A stretch of DNA of 64,000 nt from Octopus sinensis (Eukaryota): NCBI RefSeq assembly GCF_006345805.1, contig NC_043004.1, forward strand, positions 71,176,001 to 71,240,000. The letters run 5' to 3'. This document shows, piece after piece, positions 11,857 to 24,569 of the stretch. Made by a program: the position numbers and the translations under genes. Position 1 is the first letter of the stretch; each line of letters opens with the position of its first letter. Below the pieces are notes generated by a model. That model worked only from the letters and a program-made list of their open reading frames with translations. It was not told where the DNA came from and ran no database searches.

Positions 11857-13533
11857 TCATATGTTGTGGTGTGTGCTATTGCTCCATTCTAGTTTTCTAT
11901 TCAGGCTAGGTTTATTTTCTATTATATGTGTAGCTTCTGTAATTTGTCTAATTGTTGCATCTGTTCTATGTGTGGACAATATCTTAATCTCTATGTTATT
12001 GATTGATCCCCCGTGTTCTTGTTCGGCGTGTTGGTACAGAATCGATGAGCTTTTACCTTCCTTGAGTTTTCTCCAATGTTCATTCACCCGCTCTCCAATG
12101 CTTCTTGCTGTTTCCCCTACGTATGTTACTGTCTTGTTACTGCATCGTCCCTCTATACATCTTATACTATAGACCACATTTCTGGCTTTACAGTTTGATT
12201 GTGGGCTAAATCTACATACAGTGCAATAGTTATCCGTACAGAGAGTTCTACTAAAAGGATAGGTTCTACCAATTATAGATCTGATAGGGTTGCCTGGCTT
12301 TTCAACAACCTTAATTCTTAGTTTAAGTTTATCTAGGGTCCTTCTAAAGCGGTACGCCAGTTCACCTCCAGGGGTGGTGTCAACGAACATGACACTCTGG
12401 TATTTATGGCTATCATACCAAGAGTTGGCCTTCCCTATTTTCTTTTTTGTCCTTTCTATAGTGTTCCATGACTTGTTCCTATAGAGTGGGCAAATCCCAT
12501 TCCTATCATTACATAATATATTATCAAATTTCTTCATGGCTCCTTTGTATACTCTGATCCTTTCTTTATGGCTGTAACCTGAGAACTGCATGCGGTGAAT
12601 GAAATACTGTATGTGTCTCTTTAATTCTGTAGGCTCGCACATGCGTGACACATTTCTCATTATTCTGACGAGGTCTGCCATCAAAATATTGAATTTGGCA
12701 TTGCCCGCAATGGCTGAGTTCCGGTGGATCAGGTATTTTGAGGCCATAGGTTTTGCATAGTATGAATGAAGGATTTGGGTTTTATTTTTCACAATTTCTA
12801 GCCAGAGTTCAGTGTCTAGTACTGGTAGTCTATGGTTGGGGTGTTTAGTGGGGTAGTCTATTGTGACCTTAATATTCTGGTGGATGGTGTTAGCTATTTG
12901 CTGGATGCTCTCCATAGTATTAGTTTCTATTACTATATCAACATTACTCTCTTGTGGGGGTGCCTTTACTACTATATTGATATCATCAACATAGCGAGAG
13001 TACATGTTTACGAGTATGGATTTCTGCAGTAGGCATTCTTTAAGCCTTCTGTCCCACCATACCATGAAGAGGTTGGCCACATCACCAGCTATAGTAACAC
13101 CGATGGCTGCCCCCTCGTCCTGGGCATATATTTTATTATTAAATTTAAATGTTTGGCCTTTTAGGGTAACTCTTATACTAGCTCCTAGTGCATGTGCGAT
13201 CATTTTCTTTACCTGATGGACATTTGCGGGGCTCCGTATGGCTCTGGTCCATCCGCGCCATCTTTCTATATGTGTCTTCCTAGCCATAGAAGTAATTGTA
13301 GGCGGTCTACCTCTTAAACATCTACTGGGGCAGAAACTACTAAGATTATGTTTATCTAAGTATTCACTATTATATGTCAGTCTAAGTAGGAGGCCCAGTT
13401 CTTCTGTGTCGACATTACAGAGCTCCACCTGGCTCTCGTTGATCATCTCCACGCACTTCTCCACTGCAAAATCTACGTCAATCGATGGGTATAGGGATAC
13501 CACATCCATGCTACCTACTATACATCCTGTCAA
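11857..13533 (-). CDS. PLE reverse transcriptase + GIY-YIG endonuclease, N-terminally truncated, 558 aa with no stops
   Basis: [17 protein letters not shown]...[22 protein letters not shown], CxxxxCxxC linker, NVVYSIRC...[26 protein letters not shown]. The frame stays open up to the inversion junction at ~13568. Confidence 0.93.
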   Translation of the reverse strand: MTGCIVGSMDVVSLYPSIDVDFAVEKCVEMINESQVELCNVDTEELGLLLRLTYNSEYLDKHNLSSFCPSRCLRGRPPTITSMARKTHIERWRGWTRAIRSPANVHQVKKMIAHALGASIRVTLKGQTFKFNNKIYAQDEGAAIGVTIAGDVANLFMVWWDRRLKECLLQKSILVNMYSRYVDDINIVVKAPPQESNVDIVIETNTMESIQQIANTIHQNIKVTIDYPTKHPNHRLPVLDTELWLEIVKNKTQILHSYYAKPMASKYLIHRNSAIAGNAKFNILMADLVRIMRNVSRMCEPTELKRHIQYFIHRMQFSGYSHKERIRVYKGAMKKFDNILCNDRNGICPLYRNKSWNTIERTKKKIGKANSWYDSHKYQSVMFVDTTPGGELAYRFRRTLDKLKLRIKVVEKPGNPIRSIIGRTYPFSRTLCTDNYCTVCRFSPQSNCKARNVVYSIRCIEGRCSNKTVTYVGETARSIGERVNEHWRKLKEGKSSSILYQHAEQEHGGSINNIEIKILSTHRTDATIRQITEATHIIENKPSLNRKLEWSNSTHHNI

Positions 13534-13695
13534 GTCACAAGTTTTGTTACAGTCACTGATCCTGTTTATAACACCAAATATATAGTGCGTGTGTTTTTAT
13601 TGGCTAAACTGGCAATATGACCATTCCGAAATATAACAATATCTGTTTCAACACACGACTTCACATAAAAAATCTTGCACAACAAATATTTCAAC

Positions 13696-13731
<36 letters not shown>

Positions 13732-13749
13732 AGAAGAATTCCATTATCA

Positions 13750-14142
13750 ATAATAAAAAAGGGTAATCAGTAATTTTACCAAGTAGAATTCGGCATGAAA
13801 AAGATCAATTCTTGGTAAGCTTAAGTAATACTTTATAATTAGGGTTCAGCAAAGATTTGCTTCACCACATACCGAAGTTTAGAATTAGCAGTCAAAATAT
13901 CTAAGCTATTCCTTCTACTTTAAATGGGCCTCCCAGAAAAACCAAAGTACTTGAAAACAATCCACGCAGGCAAAAGGGAAAAATAACGAAAATCAATCGA
14001 TATTAGGTTACCCACGTACGCGCGTTTCGGAATTAGATCGGTATAAAGACTGCTATTTCCAAGATTTTTTGACTGCTACTTCTAAACTTCGGTATGTGGT
14101 GAAGCAAATCTTTGCTTGCTGAACCCTAATTATAAAGTATTA
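13750..14142. mobile_element. Non-coding PLE-pLTR-like repeat with ~75-bp inverted arms (13826-13900 and 14062-14142)
   Basis: Arms TAATACTTTATAATTAGGGTTCAGC...AGCAGTCAAAA and its reverse complement; homologous to 45940-46480; retains the 3' half of a hammerhead at 14011-14060 (-). Confidence 0.75.
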
Positions 14143-14203
14143 TATGCATACACACACACACACACACACATATACATATATATATATATAGATAGATATA
14201 CAT

Positions 14204-14282
<79 letters not shown>

Positions 14283-14629
14283 TACATATATGCGTGTGAG
14301 TGAACGTGTGATTATGTATGTCACATGTATGAGGGAAATGGAGGTGTATCGCATTACGGGCCGCGTATTTCAGTATCCCTGATGGTTTAAGAATTTCATA
14401 ATACTTGAAATATTTTTAATTATCTCTGAAACACCTTATTAATAAATAAAGCCGTTATTGAAGCTAAGCAGAGATTATGAAAAACGGCTCCGGGTGATCT
14501 GGAAATTAGGAAATAACTTAAATGCATAAACGTCATATTAAAATTTGCAAAGCCCTCTACATTGCGGGAAAAAACATTTCAGATTTCTTCGTAAATGTAA
14601 CCGTACTGACTTTTCCTCTAAAGTTATGT

Positions 14630-14985
14630 ATTCTTTTATTCTTCTATTTGTTTCAGTCATTTTAATGCGACCCTGCTGGAGCACCACATTTAGCTGATGA
14701 TATCGACCCCAGGACTTATTTTTTGTAAGCCTAGTACTTTTTCTGTCGAATCTCTTTTGAAGAACCGCTAAGTTACGGGGACGTAAACACAACAGCATAG
14801 GGTGTGAAGCGATGGTGGTGGGCGATACAATCACAATCTCAAACGCACACACACACACAAATACATACGACGGGCTTCTTTCAGTTTCCATTTACCAAAT
14901 CAACTCACAAGGCTCTGGTCGGCCCGAGGCTATAGTAGAAGACATTTGCCCAAGGTACCACGCAGTGGGGCTATTATTTCTTACA
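14630..14985 (-). mobile_element. SINE family A copy with internal (CA)n
   Basis: Reverse complement matches 1530-1890. Confidence 0.8.
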
Positions 14986-15109
14986 TGGGTTGAAAATGTA
15001 AAAATACACACACACACACACACATACACACATGCACACACACAAACTCATGCATATATGTGCGCTTCCAAATGTGTCTTGATTGCGTCATTCTTTTTAA
15101 CCTTGGGCC

Positions 15110-15350
15110 AAACATCTTAACTAAAGCATATTCGTGGTGGCTTCGCAAGTGACCTTTTCTGATGTCTTGAGTTTCATTAGAGGGGCCTAGCCATTGTCTA
15201 TAAATCTTGCGACATGTCCGGCTCAGTGAGACTTGTTATTTTCTTGTGCAGTGACCACATCTTTCACTCTGCTCTCTTCTTGATTAATCTCCTTTCGATT
15301 GTGATCTCTTAATGATATACCAATGGTCATTTCATGGCCCTTTCAGTCGG
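15110..15350 (-). mobile_element. Old RTE LINE fragment
   Basis: ERAM..IGISLRDHNRKE...VKDVV...H(W)AGHVAR..DN motif, typical of the RTE RT C-terminus. Confidence 0.65.
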
Positions 15351-15422
15351 AGCCGATCGATGATTTATCCTCTTCGAAGGAGTCCACATTTGACTTGCAT
15401 TTTACACTGCTAATAGGATGAT

Positions 15423-15438
15423 CCATTTATTATTATTG

Positions 15439-15479
<41 letters not shown>

Positions 15480-15500
15480 TATTATTATTATTATTATTGT

Positions 15501-15541
<41 letters not shown>

Positions 15542-15599
15542 GCTGCTGCTGCTGCTGCTGCTGTGTTTTGTTGTTGTTGTTGTTGTTGTTGTTATTATT

Positions 15600-15633
<34 letters not shown>

Positions 15634-15644
15634 CATCATCATCA

Positions 15645-15679
<35 letters not shown>

Positions 15680-15720
15680 TTTATTATTGTTATTATTTTT
15701 ATTATTATTGTTATTATTTA
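15423..15720. repeat. Compound trinucleotide array (ATT)n(GTT)n(GCT)n(ATC)n
   Basis: Read directly from the sequence. Confidence 0.97.
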
Positions 15721-16524
15721 ACGTTTAAATTTTGCTTTACATTTGTACAAGTTGGCTCGAAGTATCACCCAGAGACCTCAAGAGACAACAAGTTAGAATT
15801 TCATGTTGATGTTATAGGTAGGATGTCATATATTTGGTTCTGTATATAGTGTTGTTCTAGAGAATGTTTAAGAAACCATAAGAAAATTATGTGTTTGTTT
15901 TAAAATTTGAGATTACATAGAAAGTAGTTTGCGTAGGATATGAGCAGTTCCCATGAGTACTATCTTTTAAATTTCTGCCATTTTTGTCTTTCCTGGTATC
16001 CGAGCTAGGTAGTAATGAGCCCCTTTTGCTATCATTCCCAGGGCACCTATGACAGTAGGTATTGTTTTAATCTTCATGTTCAGCATTTTGCTGATTTCTA
16101 TTTCAAGATCTTTATATTTGCTCAGTTTTGGTAGGTCTTCAGAGTTACTTTTATATCGATTGGGACAGTCATATCAATGAGGAGGCATGATTTTTGTCTG
16201 AAGTCTTTCAATATGATATCTGGCTTATTCGCATCTATCTTTCTGTCAGTTTGAATGGTGAAGTTCCAGAGGAGTGAGATGTGATCATTTTCAAGCACTG
16301 GAGGTGGTTTGTGTTCCCACCAGTTTTTATAATGCGGCAGATCCCGGTTTTTGCAAATTACCCAGTGAATATATTGTGCAGCTCTATCATGCCTGTTGAG
16401 ATACTCTGTAGGCGTAAGAAGACTGCATTTGGAGACATGATCAATGGTTTCATATTGTTGTTGACATACACGACATTTTGGTCTACTGCCAGTCTTTAAT
16501 ATGTTGGCCTGGTATTTCTGGCAG

Positions 16525-16527
<3 letters not shown>
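15720..16527 (-). mobile_element. R4/Dong-clade LINE 3' end (zinc knuckle + RLE + 3' UTR) embedded in (TAA)n
   Basis: RNYQANILKTGSRPKCRVCQQQYETIDH..CSLLTPTEYLNRHD...LLWNFTIQTDRKIDANKPDII...IDMTVP...KYKDLEIEI...IGALG...MGTAHILRKLLSM*. TAA repeats on both sides. Confidence 0.88.
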
Positions 16528-16564
<37 letters not shown>

Positions 16565-16590
16565 TATTATTATTATTATATTATTATTAT

Positions 16591-16734
16591 TCAGTAGTTT
16601 TATTTTATAGCGTGCTTTCACTTCACTACCGAGCGCAGCTCTGTGTGCCTTGGGTATGTGCTGTGATTTGTTGTGATGCTTTGATGGTTATTGTATGGAA
16701 AGTGTTCTGGTAGGATGTGTGCAGTGCTATTAAT

Positions 16735-16735
<1 letters not shown>
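16591..16735 (-). mobile_element. Second, very short R4/Dong-like 3' end inside (TAA)n
   Basis: GCACTGCACACATCCTAC-CAGAACACTTTCCATACAATAA reads as (G)TAHIL(R)RTLSIQ*, followed by a distinct 3' UTR and TAA repeats. Confidence 0.6.
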
Positions 16736-17045
<310 letters not shown>

Positions 17046-17429
17046 TCCACAGTATTATTGTTGTTGTCTCGAGTACAGTGGTTGGAACAGAAAATAGCAG
17101 AAACACAGCCTATATTCTCCGAATAAACACCAGTGAAAGCTTCTAATCAGTCACTTAGCTTAACACCCAACGAAAACCTCCTTATCTCTATATAGAAATA
17201 CATTAATATGCATGTGTATTTGTGAGTGTGGATGTTCGTTTCCATATACATATGTATGTACATATCTAGACGTGTATATATATGCATATATTTATATATA
17301 CATATATATATATAGAGAAGAGAGAGAAAGTGAAAGAGTGAGAGAGAGAGAGAAAGAGAGAGAGAGAAAGAAAGAGAGAGAGAGATACATACTTAAATAT
17401 GTGCATACACCACATACGCATATCGTGTA

Positions 17430-17489
17430 CATATCCCTGTATATATATATATATACACAAACATAAATAGTTACCATATATATGCATCC

Positions 17490-17532
<43 letters not shown>

Positions 17533-17747
17533 AACATAAATAGTTACACATATATATGCATCCCTGTATATATATATAATATACACAACATAAATAGTTA
17601 CACATATATATGCATCCTGTATATATATATATATATATATACATATATATATACACATACATAAATAGTTACACATATATATGCATCCCTGTATATATAT
17701 ATATATATATACACAAACATAAATAGTTACACATATATATGCATCCC

Positions 17748-17779
<32 letters not shown>

Positions 17780-17870
17780 CACATACATAAATAGTTACAC
17801 ATATATATACATCCCTGTATATATATATATATATACACAAACATAAATAGTTACACATATATATACATAT
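17430..17870. repeat. Minisatellite of ~7-8 units CATCCCTG(TA)nCACAAACATAAATAGTTACACATATATATG
   Basis: The CATCCCTGTA anchor recurs every ~52-75 bp; unit length varies with the nested (TA)n. Confidence 0.9.
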
Positions 17871-18124
17871 ATAAATATGTGCGAGCGTTTGTGTGTGTGT
17901 ATGTGTGTATATGTGTGTGTGTGCGTGTGTTTGCTTATTTATGTGTGTATATTTGTGTTTTCGAAGTTTTATTGGCTTCTCGCCATTCAGCATTCATGAT
18001 AATCCGATGATATTCTCGGACTTTTTATTTTTAGCAATTTCTGTTTCACTTCTCATTTATTTCCTTCAACTTGACAAACTTTTCAAACAGGATCTCGTGT
18101 TTCGAAGAAGAGAGAGATGCTAAT

Positions 18125-18195
<71 letters not shown>

Positions 18196-18200
18196 GTGTC

Positions 18201-18242
<42 letters not shown>

Positions 18243-18261
18243 ATATAATGTGTGTGTGTGT

Positions 18262-18305
<44 letters not shown>

Positions 18306-18382
18306 TGTATATACACATATATATATAAACACAGATTATATATATTATATTACATATACATATATTTTATATATACATATCC

Positions 18383-18429
<47 letters not shown>

Positions 18430-20432
18430 TATATATATATATATATACATGCATATATATGCATACACACATACACAGACATTTATATGTTTGTATACTT
18501 ACGAATACACTTACAAATATCAGTGTATATGTTTGAATTCATGCATGTATGTATGTTTGTATGTCTATGCATGTATATTTTACAGACGATGAATAGCTGG
18601 CTCTCATTGAACGAGGTAAAGAGCACGAGCTTAAAATAGCCATATTTACATTCTCAAGGAGAATATTTTCAAGCGCCTGATATCTACTAATCTCAACGTC
18701 TTGGCAGGCAGAGCCTGCACCATCATCTTAGAAGGAATGTCAGGAATAAAATTCACGTGAGTCGCAGTATTAGCTGTTATATCTTCAGATAAATCTGGAC
18801 CAGAATCTCCATGTGATGTTCCTTTACTTCTCTTCTTTATGTTTGTCTCTGTTCCATCGACGCTACTTTCTTGTTCTTCATGTTCTCTCACGTCAGCCAA
18901 ACAAATTAGCTCTTGAAATTAATTATTAATATGACAGGTGTTCATTAGTGGTAATCACTTTTTATCTCCAAGCCCTGTTTCTCCAACGTCACCAACAGGT
19001 TTTTGATTAATTGATGCGTGAATTAAGTCAATAGTGTCACTAAAATATCGTCAGAATAAATATCTAAAAATACTGAACGATGAAATTTTAAAATATGTAC
19101 GTTTCCTCTCAAAGTCGTACTCAGTCCCTAAACAACGTTTCACAGGTCTCTGACCATGCACTTTTCGACATTGTTCCATGACAAATTATATATTGTCTCA
19201 CAAACTTCGGTGTTTTCCATAATTACTAAAACCCCTGGGTAATTTTAGTTCTTCAACTCTTCTCGGTCGATAAGAAAACGTACGAATCTAGCATTGCGCT
19301 TATCTGTAATGGCATCCACCTTGTGCCCAAATACGGAAGATTTATGACTTAATAAAAAATACTGTAAAAATTCAACAAGTTTGAAGCATGGGGAGAGTGA
19401 TTTTATAATTGTTTGCTTTTTGGTCATTTCCAGCTCTTTGCTTTGCATGCTATAATCTCATCAAGTTCAACATTTCAAACAAAATAGCCCTGATAAGTAG
19501 AGCGATCTCCATAGCAAGTCTTCTTGGGAAACGATTTCCATTTTGTTGGTCGCTAGGACTAATAAAACCTGTTTCCCAGTTTCCACGGCATATGAGTGAT
19601 CGGGATCACAATATTCACCCTGGTAGGGAGACGGTCAGTTGAGGGAGGAAGGTCAGCGAAGGGAAGAGAAAAGACGATTACATCAACTCACAATACTTGA
19701 CTTTAAATTTATTTTATCGTTCCTGAAAGGATGAGAGGAAAAGTCCTCTCAGCGAAATTAGAAAACGGAATGTAATGATATATGATATAGTGTCAACGGT
19801 CCTACAACTCGCAGCCTCCTTGGGAACAATTATTCTAATCAAATATTATGTTTATTCAGCACCCACACATAAAGCGCTGCTTTAGACAGTTTCCATCTAT
19901 TAGTTTCTTCGACAACGAGCTGGCTCTATCCGAATTTAAAGGAAAAAGAATTCTACATTTCAAGCCTACGACATTATATAACACTGTCACCGCTTTATTT
20001 TAATTGCATTGAGGCTGTTATTCACTGCGTGCATTTCTGCCCGAGTAACTCCATGGCACGGAAGTCTTTCATATGATCAAACATGTTTCCTTCATTTCCG
20101 TAAATTTGAAAACAAAATAATATCGTGCGAACACACACGTACATCTACAAACAGTCTCCTCCAGAATACAAGCACAAACGTATGACATACTGTCTGTCAT
20201 ATATATAAACAATATATAGAGAAGGGAGGGGATGTACAGGGAAAATTGAAAGAGAGCGGGAAGAGAGAGTTTCATTCATTAAGTATATGGTTTTCAAATA
20301 AACATTACGACATGTGTTAGGTTACAGAAATGATATTTTAATGAGTTTAGCATCTGTTCCACGTCTATATTTACACACATAAATATCAAGAGAATGTAAT
20401 GTATTTACAGGTTTATATATATATATATATAT

Positions 20433-20476
<44 letters not shown>

Positions 20477-20488
20477 TTATATGCATAT

Positions 20489-20547
<59 letters not shown>

Positions 20548-20703
20548 GCACGTGCAAGTACATCGCCACATTGACATATATCTATGAATAACACAAAAAG
20601 ACTCTCGAAAGTAACATATTTTAGAGAAACACTTACATGTACGCACATTTATATACACCTCAATACACGCACTATATCTGTGTATGAGCGTGCGTGTATG
20701 CAC

Positions 20704-20742
<39 letters not shown>

Positions 20743-21289
20743 TAAATACATATACATACATATATATATATATTTATTTATATATATATACTTATTTATA
20801 TATATATATATTTATATATATATATATATATATACTTATTTATATATATATATATATATTTATATATTATATATATATATATATCAAATGGATACACACT
20901 TATGAATGTCTAGGGAGAATTATATGTCAAACTATCGTAGAGAGACTACGAGAAATTTGTGGAGAACGGCGCCGTATACTAAATTGCGTGCTTCCAAGCA
21001 CCACTGTTGCTATGTATCAGGCAACCAAAACACGGCGTTTGTAAGATGTTTGAACGCACTACAAGAGATAGTGCCGAGAAATGGTCCATTCACATAACAG
21101 AATATAGAGAACAATATATACCCTATACAACGGTGCAGACATAGGTACGTGGTTAAGAAATTCTCCTTGCGACCACGTGGTTTCGTGTTCAGCCCTACCT
21201 GCGGTACATTGGGCAAGATGCATCCTATATATATATATATATATATATATGTATCCTACATATATATATATATATATTTATCCCACTGA

Positions 21290-23075
21290 AACCCTTGCTG
21301 AAATACATCAAAAGCTTCATTAGGGATGATTTAGATATGTTAGAACACCTACCAAAAACGATTAATGAAGAGACAGTATTGGTCACCCTCGATGTTATCA
21401 ATCTTTACACCAACATCCCCCATGATTATGGAATAAAAGCAATTAAATTCTGGTTGGAAAAGTACCCCAAAGTCCTCCAGGAACGCAGAAACCATATCTT
21501 TATTATTGAATCCTAAAAATTTATACTTCAGAACAATTATTTCCTATTTGATGACACATACTATCGTCAGAAATGCGGAATTGCCATGGGGACGAAAGCA
21601 GCTCCTGTTCTTGCGAACCTAATAATGGGTTATTTTGCATTCACCTTATATGAGGTATCACTTCAGAAATATGTTTACCCATTTTACCTCTACATAAAAG
21701 AAAATTGGATGGAGAACATCGACAAACTTTTGGATTTCAAAACAACACCAAATGACATAAATAGTAACATTCAATTCAAAATGGAATATAATAAAGAACA
21801 ACTTCCATTTTTAGACATCATGATAAAAAAAGTTAACAATGAAATAATAACTGACATTTATTATAAACCAACTGACTGAAAACAATATCTTCTTTTTAAC
21901 TCATGCCACTCGAAACACATAAAAATAAACATCCCTTTTAACTTAGCAAAAAGGATCTGCACAAGAGTGTATGATAGAACAACTCGGGACATTCGTCTTC
22001 AAGACCTCAAAACAACACTTACTGAAAGACAATATCCACCCTCTCTTATCGACGAGGGAATTAAACGTGCCAAACAATTAGACACAAAAACACTAAGAAC
22101 AAAAAAACATAGCACCACACCTCAAACATTACTTTTTATATCAACACACAACCCCAGAAACAGTGAAGCATTCAACACTAGTGTGCAAACTCTCCCTTTA
22201 CTAACTAGAGATCCAAAAATGAACGACATCCTGAAAACACACAAACTCATCAAATGCAAAAAACAAGACAAATCGCTAAAGAGACTACTAACAAATGTGA
22301 AGCTTTACACAACAACCACGAAACCAACGGTTGAAAAATGTGGACGCCCGAACTGTGGAACCTGCCCCAACCTGCTGGAAGGCTCGGATTTCCTTTTCAA
22401 ACAAGGACAGAGGTTCACAATTAAAACTAGTTTCACCTGTGCCTCTGAGAACCTAATTTATGTAATAACCTGCTCGGGTTGCAGTCATCAGTACATTGGA
22501 CAAACGAGTTTAAGTTTGAGGAAGAGTATCACTCTGCATAAGGAGAAAATCCGTTTCCCGCAATACAGACAAATTCCTCTTAGTGAACACATAGAAAAAT
22601 GTGTAGGTAACATCAAACCAAATTTTACAGTCTTCCTTTTCTATCAGTGCAAATACACAATCTCTCAACTAAAACACTTAAATAAAGAAACTTTTTTCAT
22701 TGAAAAATACAAAACGCGTCTTAAAATGCACGCATAACCAACTTTTATATTTTTACATATTACATCACTGTACATAACTCCCCTACTAAACAAGGTTCCC
22801 TTTTTTTAACCTGTCTCCTTTCTGTACATATATTTATTCCCCACCCAAAAGCTAAACAGTTATCTCCCTTACACACAACAATAACAATAATAACAACCTC
22901 TTACCTCCCTTTACTTGTCAACTTGCAAAATCATTCACTCGTGAATTCCATTACAAAAATCATGGACCAAATTTCTTCTTAAGAGATAATATATATTCAT
23001 ATAAATTAAAAATTATATCATGAATAGCGATTGCGAAACCGGTCGATATATTAAAAATTATATTATAACCATGTA
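21290..23075 (+). mobile_element. Decayed Penelope-like element (RT + GIY-YIG with stops) and 3' region
   Basis: TLDVINLYTNIPH, QKCGIAMGTKAAP, LPFLDIMI, DIYYKPTD*, SCH.KH..NIPF, CGRPNCGTC, NLIYVITCSGCSHQYIGQT. In-frame stops and a deletion across the YxDD region. Confidence 0.92.
23014..23050 (+). ncRNA. Minimal type I hammerhead with an A3-U8 core
   Basis: tatatc ATGAATA gc gatt gc GAAA ccg GTC gatata. Perfect 6-bp helix I, palindromic helix III (ACCGGU), GUC triplet; sense strand of the upstream PLE. Confidence 0.65.
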
Positions 23076-23102
23076 AGTGTGCGTATTTTCCTTTTTTAAT
23101 TT

Positions 23103-23141
<39 letters not shown>

Positions 23142-23764
23142 AGAACAATCTTACTTAGAAATGGATGCGTGCGTTCCGTCATATAATAAATTAATAAATA
23201 AAACATATTCATATATACATACATATATCTACGTACCTACCTCTACATGTATATATACACGCATATATGGGTACAGGACACCAAAAAAACGTCGAACACA
23301 ATGAGAAACGAAAACATAAACACAAAACCAAGGAACTGGACATTTTTCTTAAACAACGAAAAAGTAGAGTATAGGACAAATAACACAAGGAAAAGTCCCT
23401 TTCTTCAGTTGCCATGGTTTCATCTACTCTGGAACCAACCCTAGATGCAGGAAGTGTGTGAACACAACTAGCACTCAATTTTGGAGATATACAAGGCTCG
23501 CCCGAAACTGCATATAAGTGGCACCTATACAGCCACAGATTTTCATGATCCCAGAAGGACGAGGCACAACGTCTCATATTTGGTGCCTTAAGGATAATGG
23601 AACATCATAAGACATAAAATGCATGATTGCATATCAGCCGGGTCCCTATATCAACGGGAACGGACGACACACGATTTGCATAACAGAGTGAACAATGTTC
23701 CTTAAAGGCTTAACGTCTCTATCAAATTGTAGATACGAGTTTTATAACCGATACCTCCATTTCA

Positions 23765-24113
23765 ACTCGCGGCCATAGGATCGCGGTTTCGATTCCCAGA
23801 CCGGGCGTTGTGAGTGTTTATTGAGCGAAAACACCTAAAGCTCCACGAGGCTCCGGCAGGGGATGGTGGTGATCCCTGCTGTACTCTTTCACCACAACTT
23901 TCTCTCACTCTTAATTCCTGTTTCTGTTGTACCTGTATTTCAAAGGGCCGGCCTTGTCACTCTCTGTGTCACGCTGAATATCCCGAGAACTACGTTAAGG
24001 GTACACGTGTCTGTGGAGTGCTCAGCCACTTACGCGTTAATTTCACGAGCAGGCTTTTCCGTTGATTCGGATCAACCGGAACCCTCGTCGTCGTAACCGA
24101 CGGAGTGCTTCCA
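23765..24113 (+). mobile_element. SINE family B (tRNA-derived head, tail type 1)
   Basis: B-box-like GGTTTCGATTCCC; body shared with 8891, 27935 and 58843. Confidence 0.85.
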
Positions 24114-24403
24114 CACCTACCTTTCAAACGCTAAATCCTAAAGGCGTGTGATTCACCGACAAATTTCCCGCGAAACGGAAACATCTCCTCGTCACCTGCC
24201 ATTTGAGTCGGAGGAGGCGTCAACGAAGCTTACCGCTTTTTAGATGCAAAACCATTGGTCACGCTATGACTAGACATCTATTTAACTTCATATAAGTATG
24301 TATACCGGAGTAAACACATAAATGTGAAACAAGGTGGAAAGAAGAGTACTCAAATACCAGTGGTAGAGTGATATGCTTTATTTAAAGCAGCAAAAAATTC
24401 AAC

Positions 24404-24449
24404 AAAACTGTTACTCTGAGTTTCCCGCTGCCGTTCATCGGACAGTTTT
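24404..24449 (-). ncRNA. Minimal type I hammerhead (CCGAUGA core) inside a ~230-bp repeat (~24240-24470)
   Basis: aaaactgt CCGATGA acg gcag cgg GAAA ctcaga GTA acagtttt. Perfect 8-bp helix I; near-palindromic helix III (ACUC-A-GAGU). Confidence 0.7.
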
Positions 24450-24469
24450 TGCTAGCAAATAAAGTATAA

Positions 24470-24569
<100 letters not shown>

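Noticed and set aside
11857-13533. Selenocysteine recoding in the PLE ORF
   Set aside because: There is no in-frame TGA in the retained part of this copy; the missing N-terminus cannot be judged.
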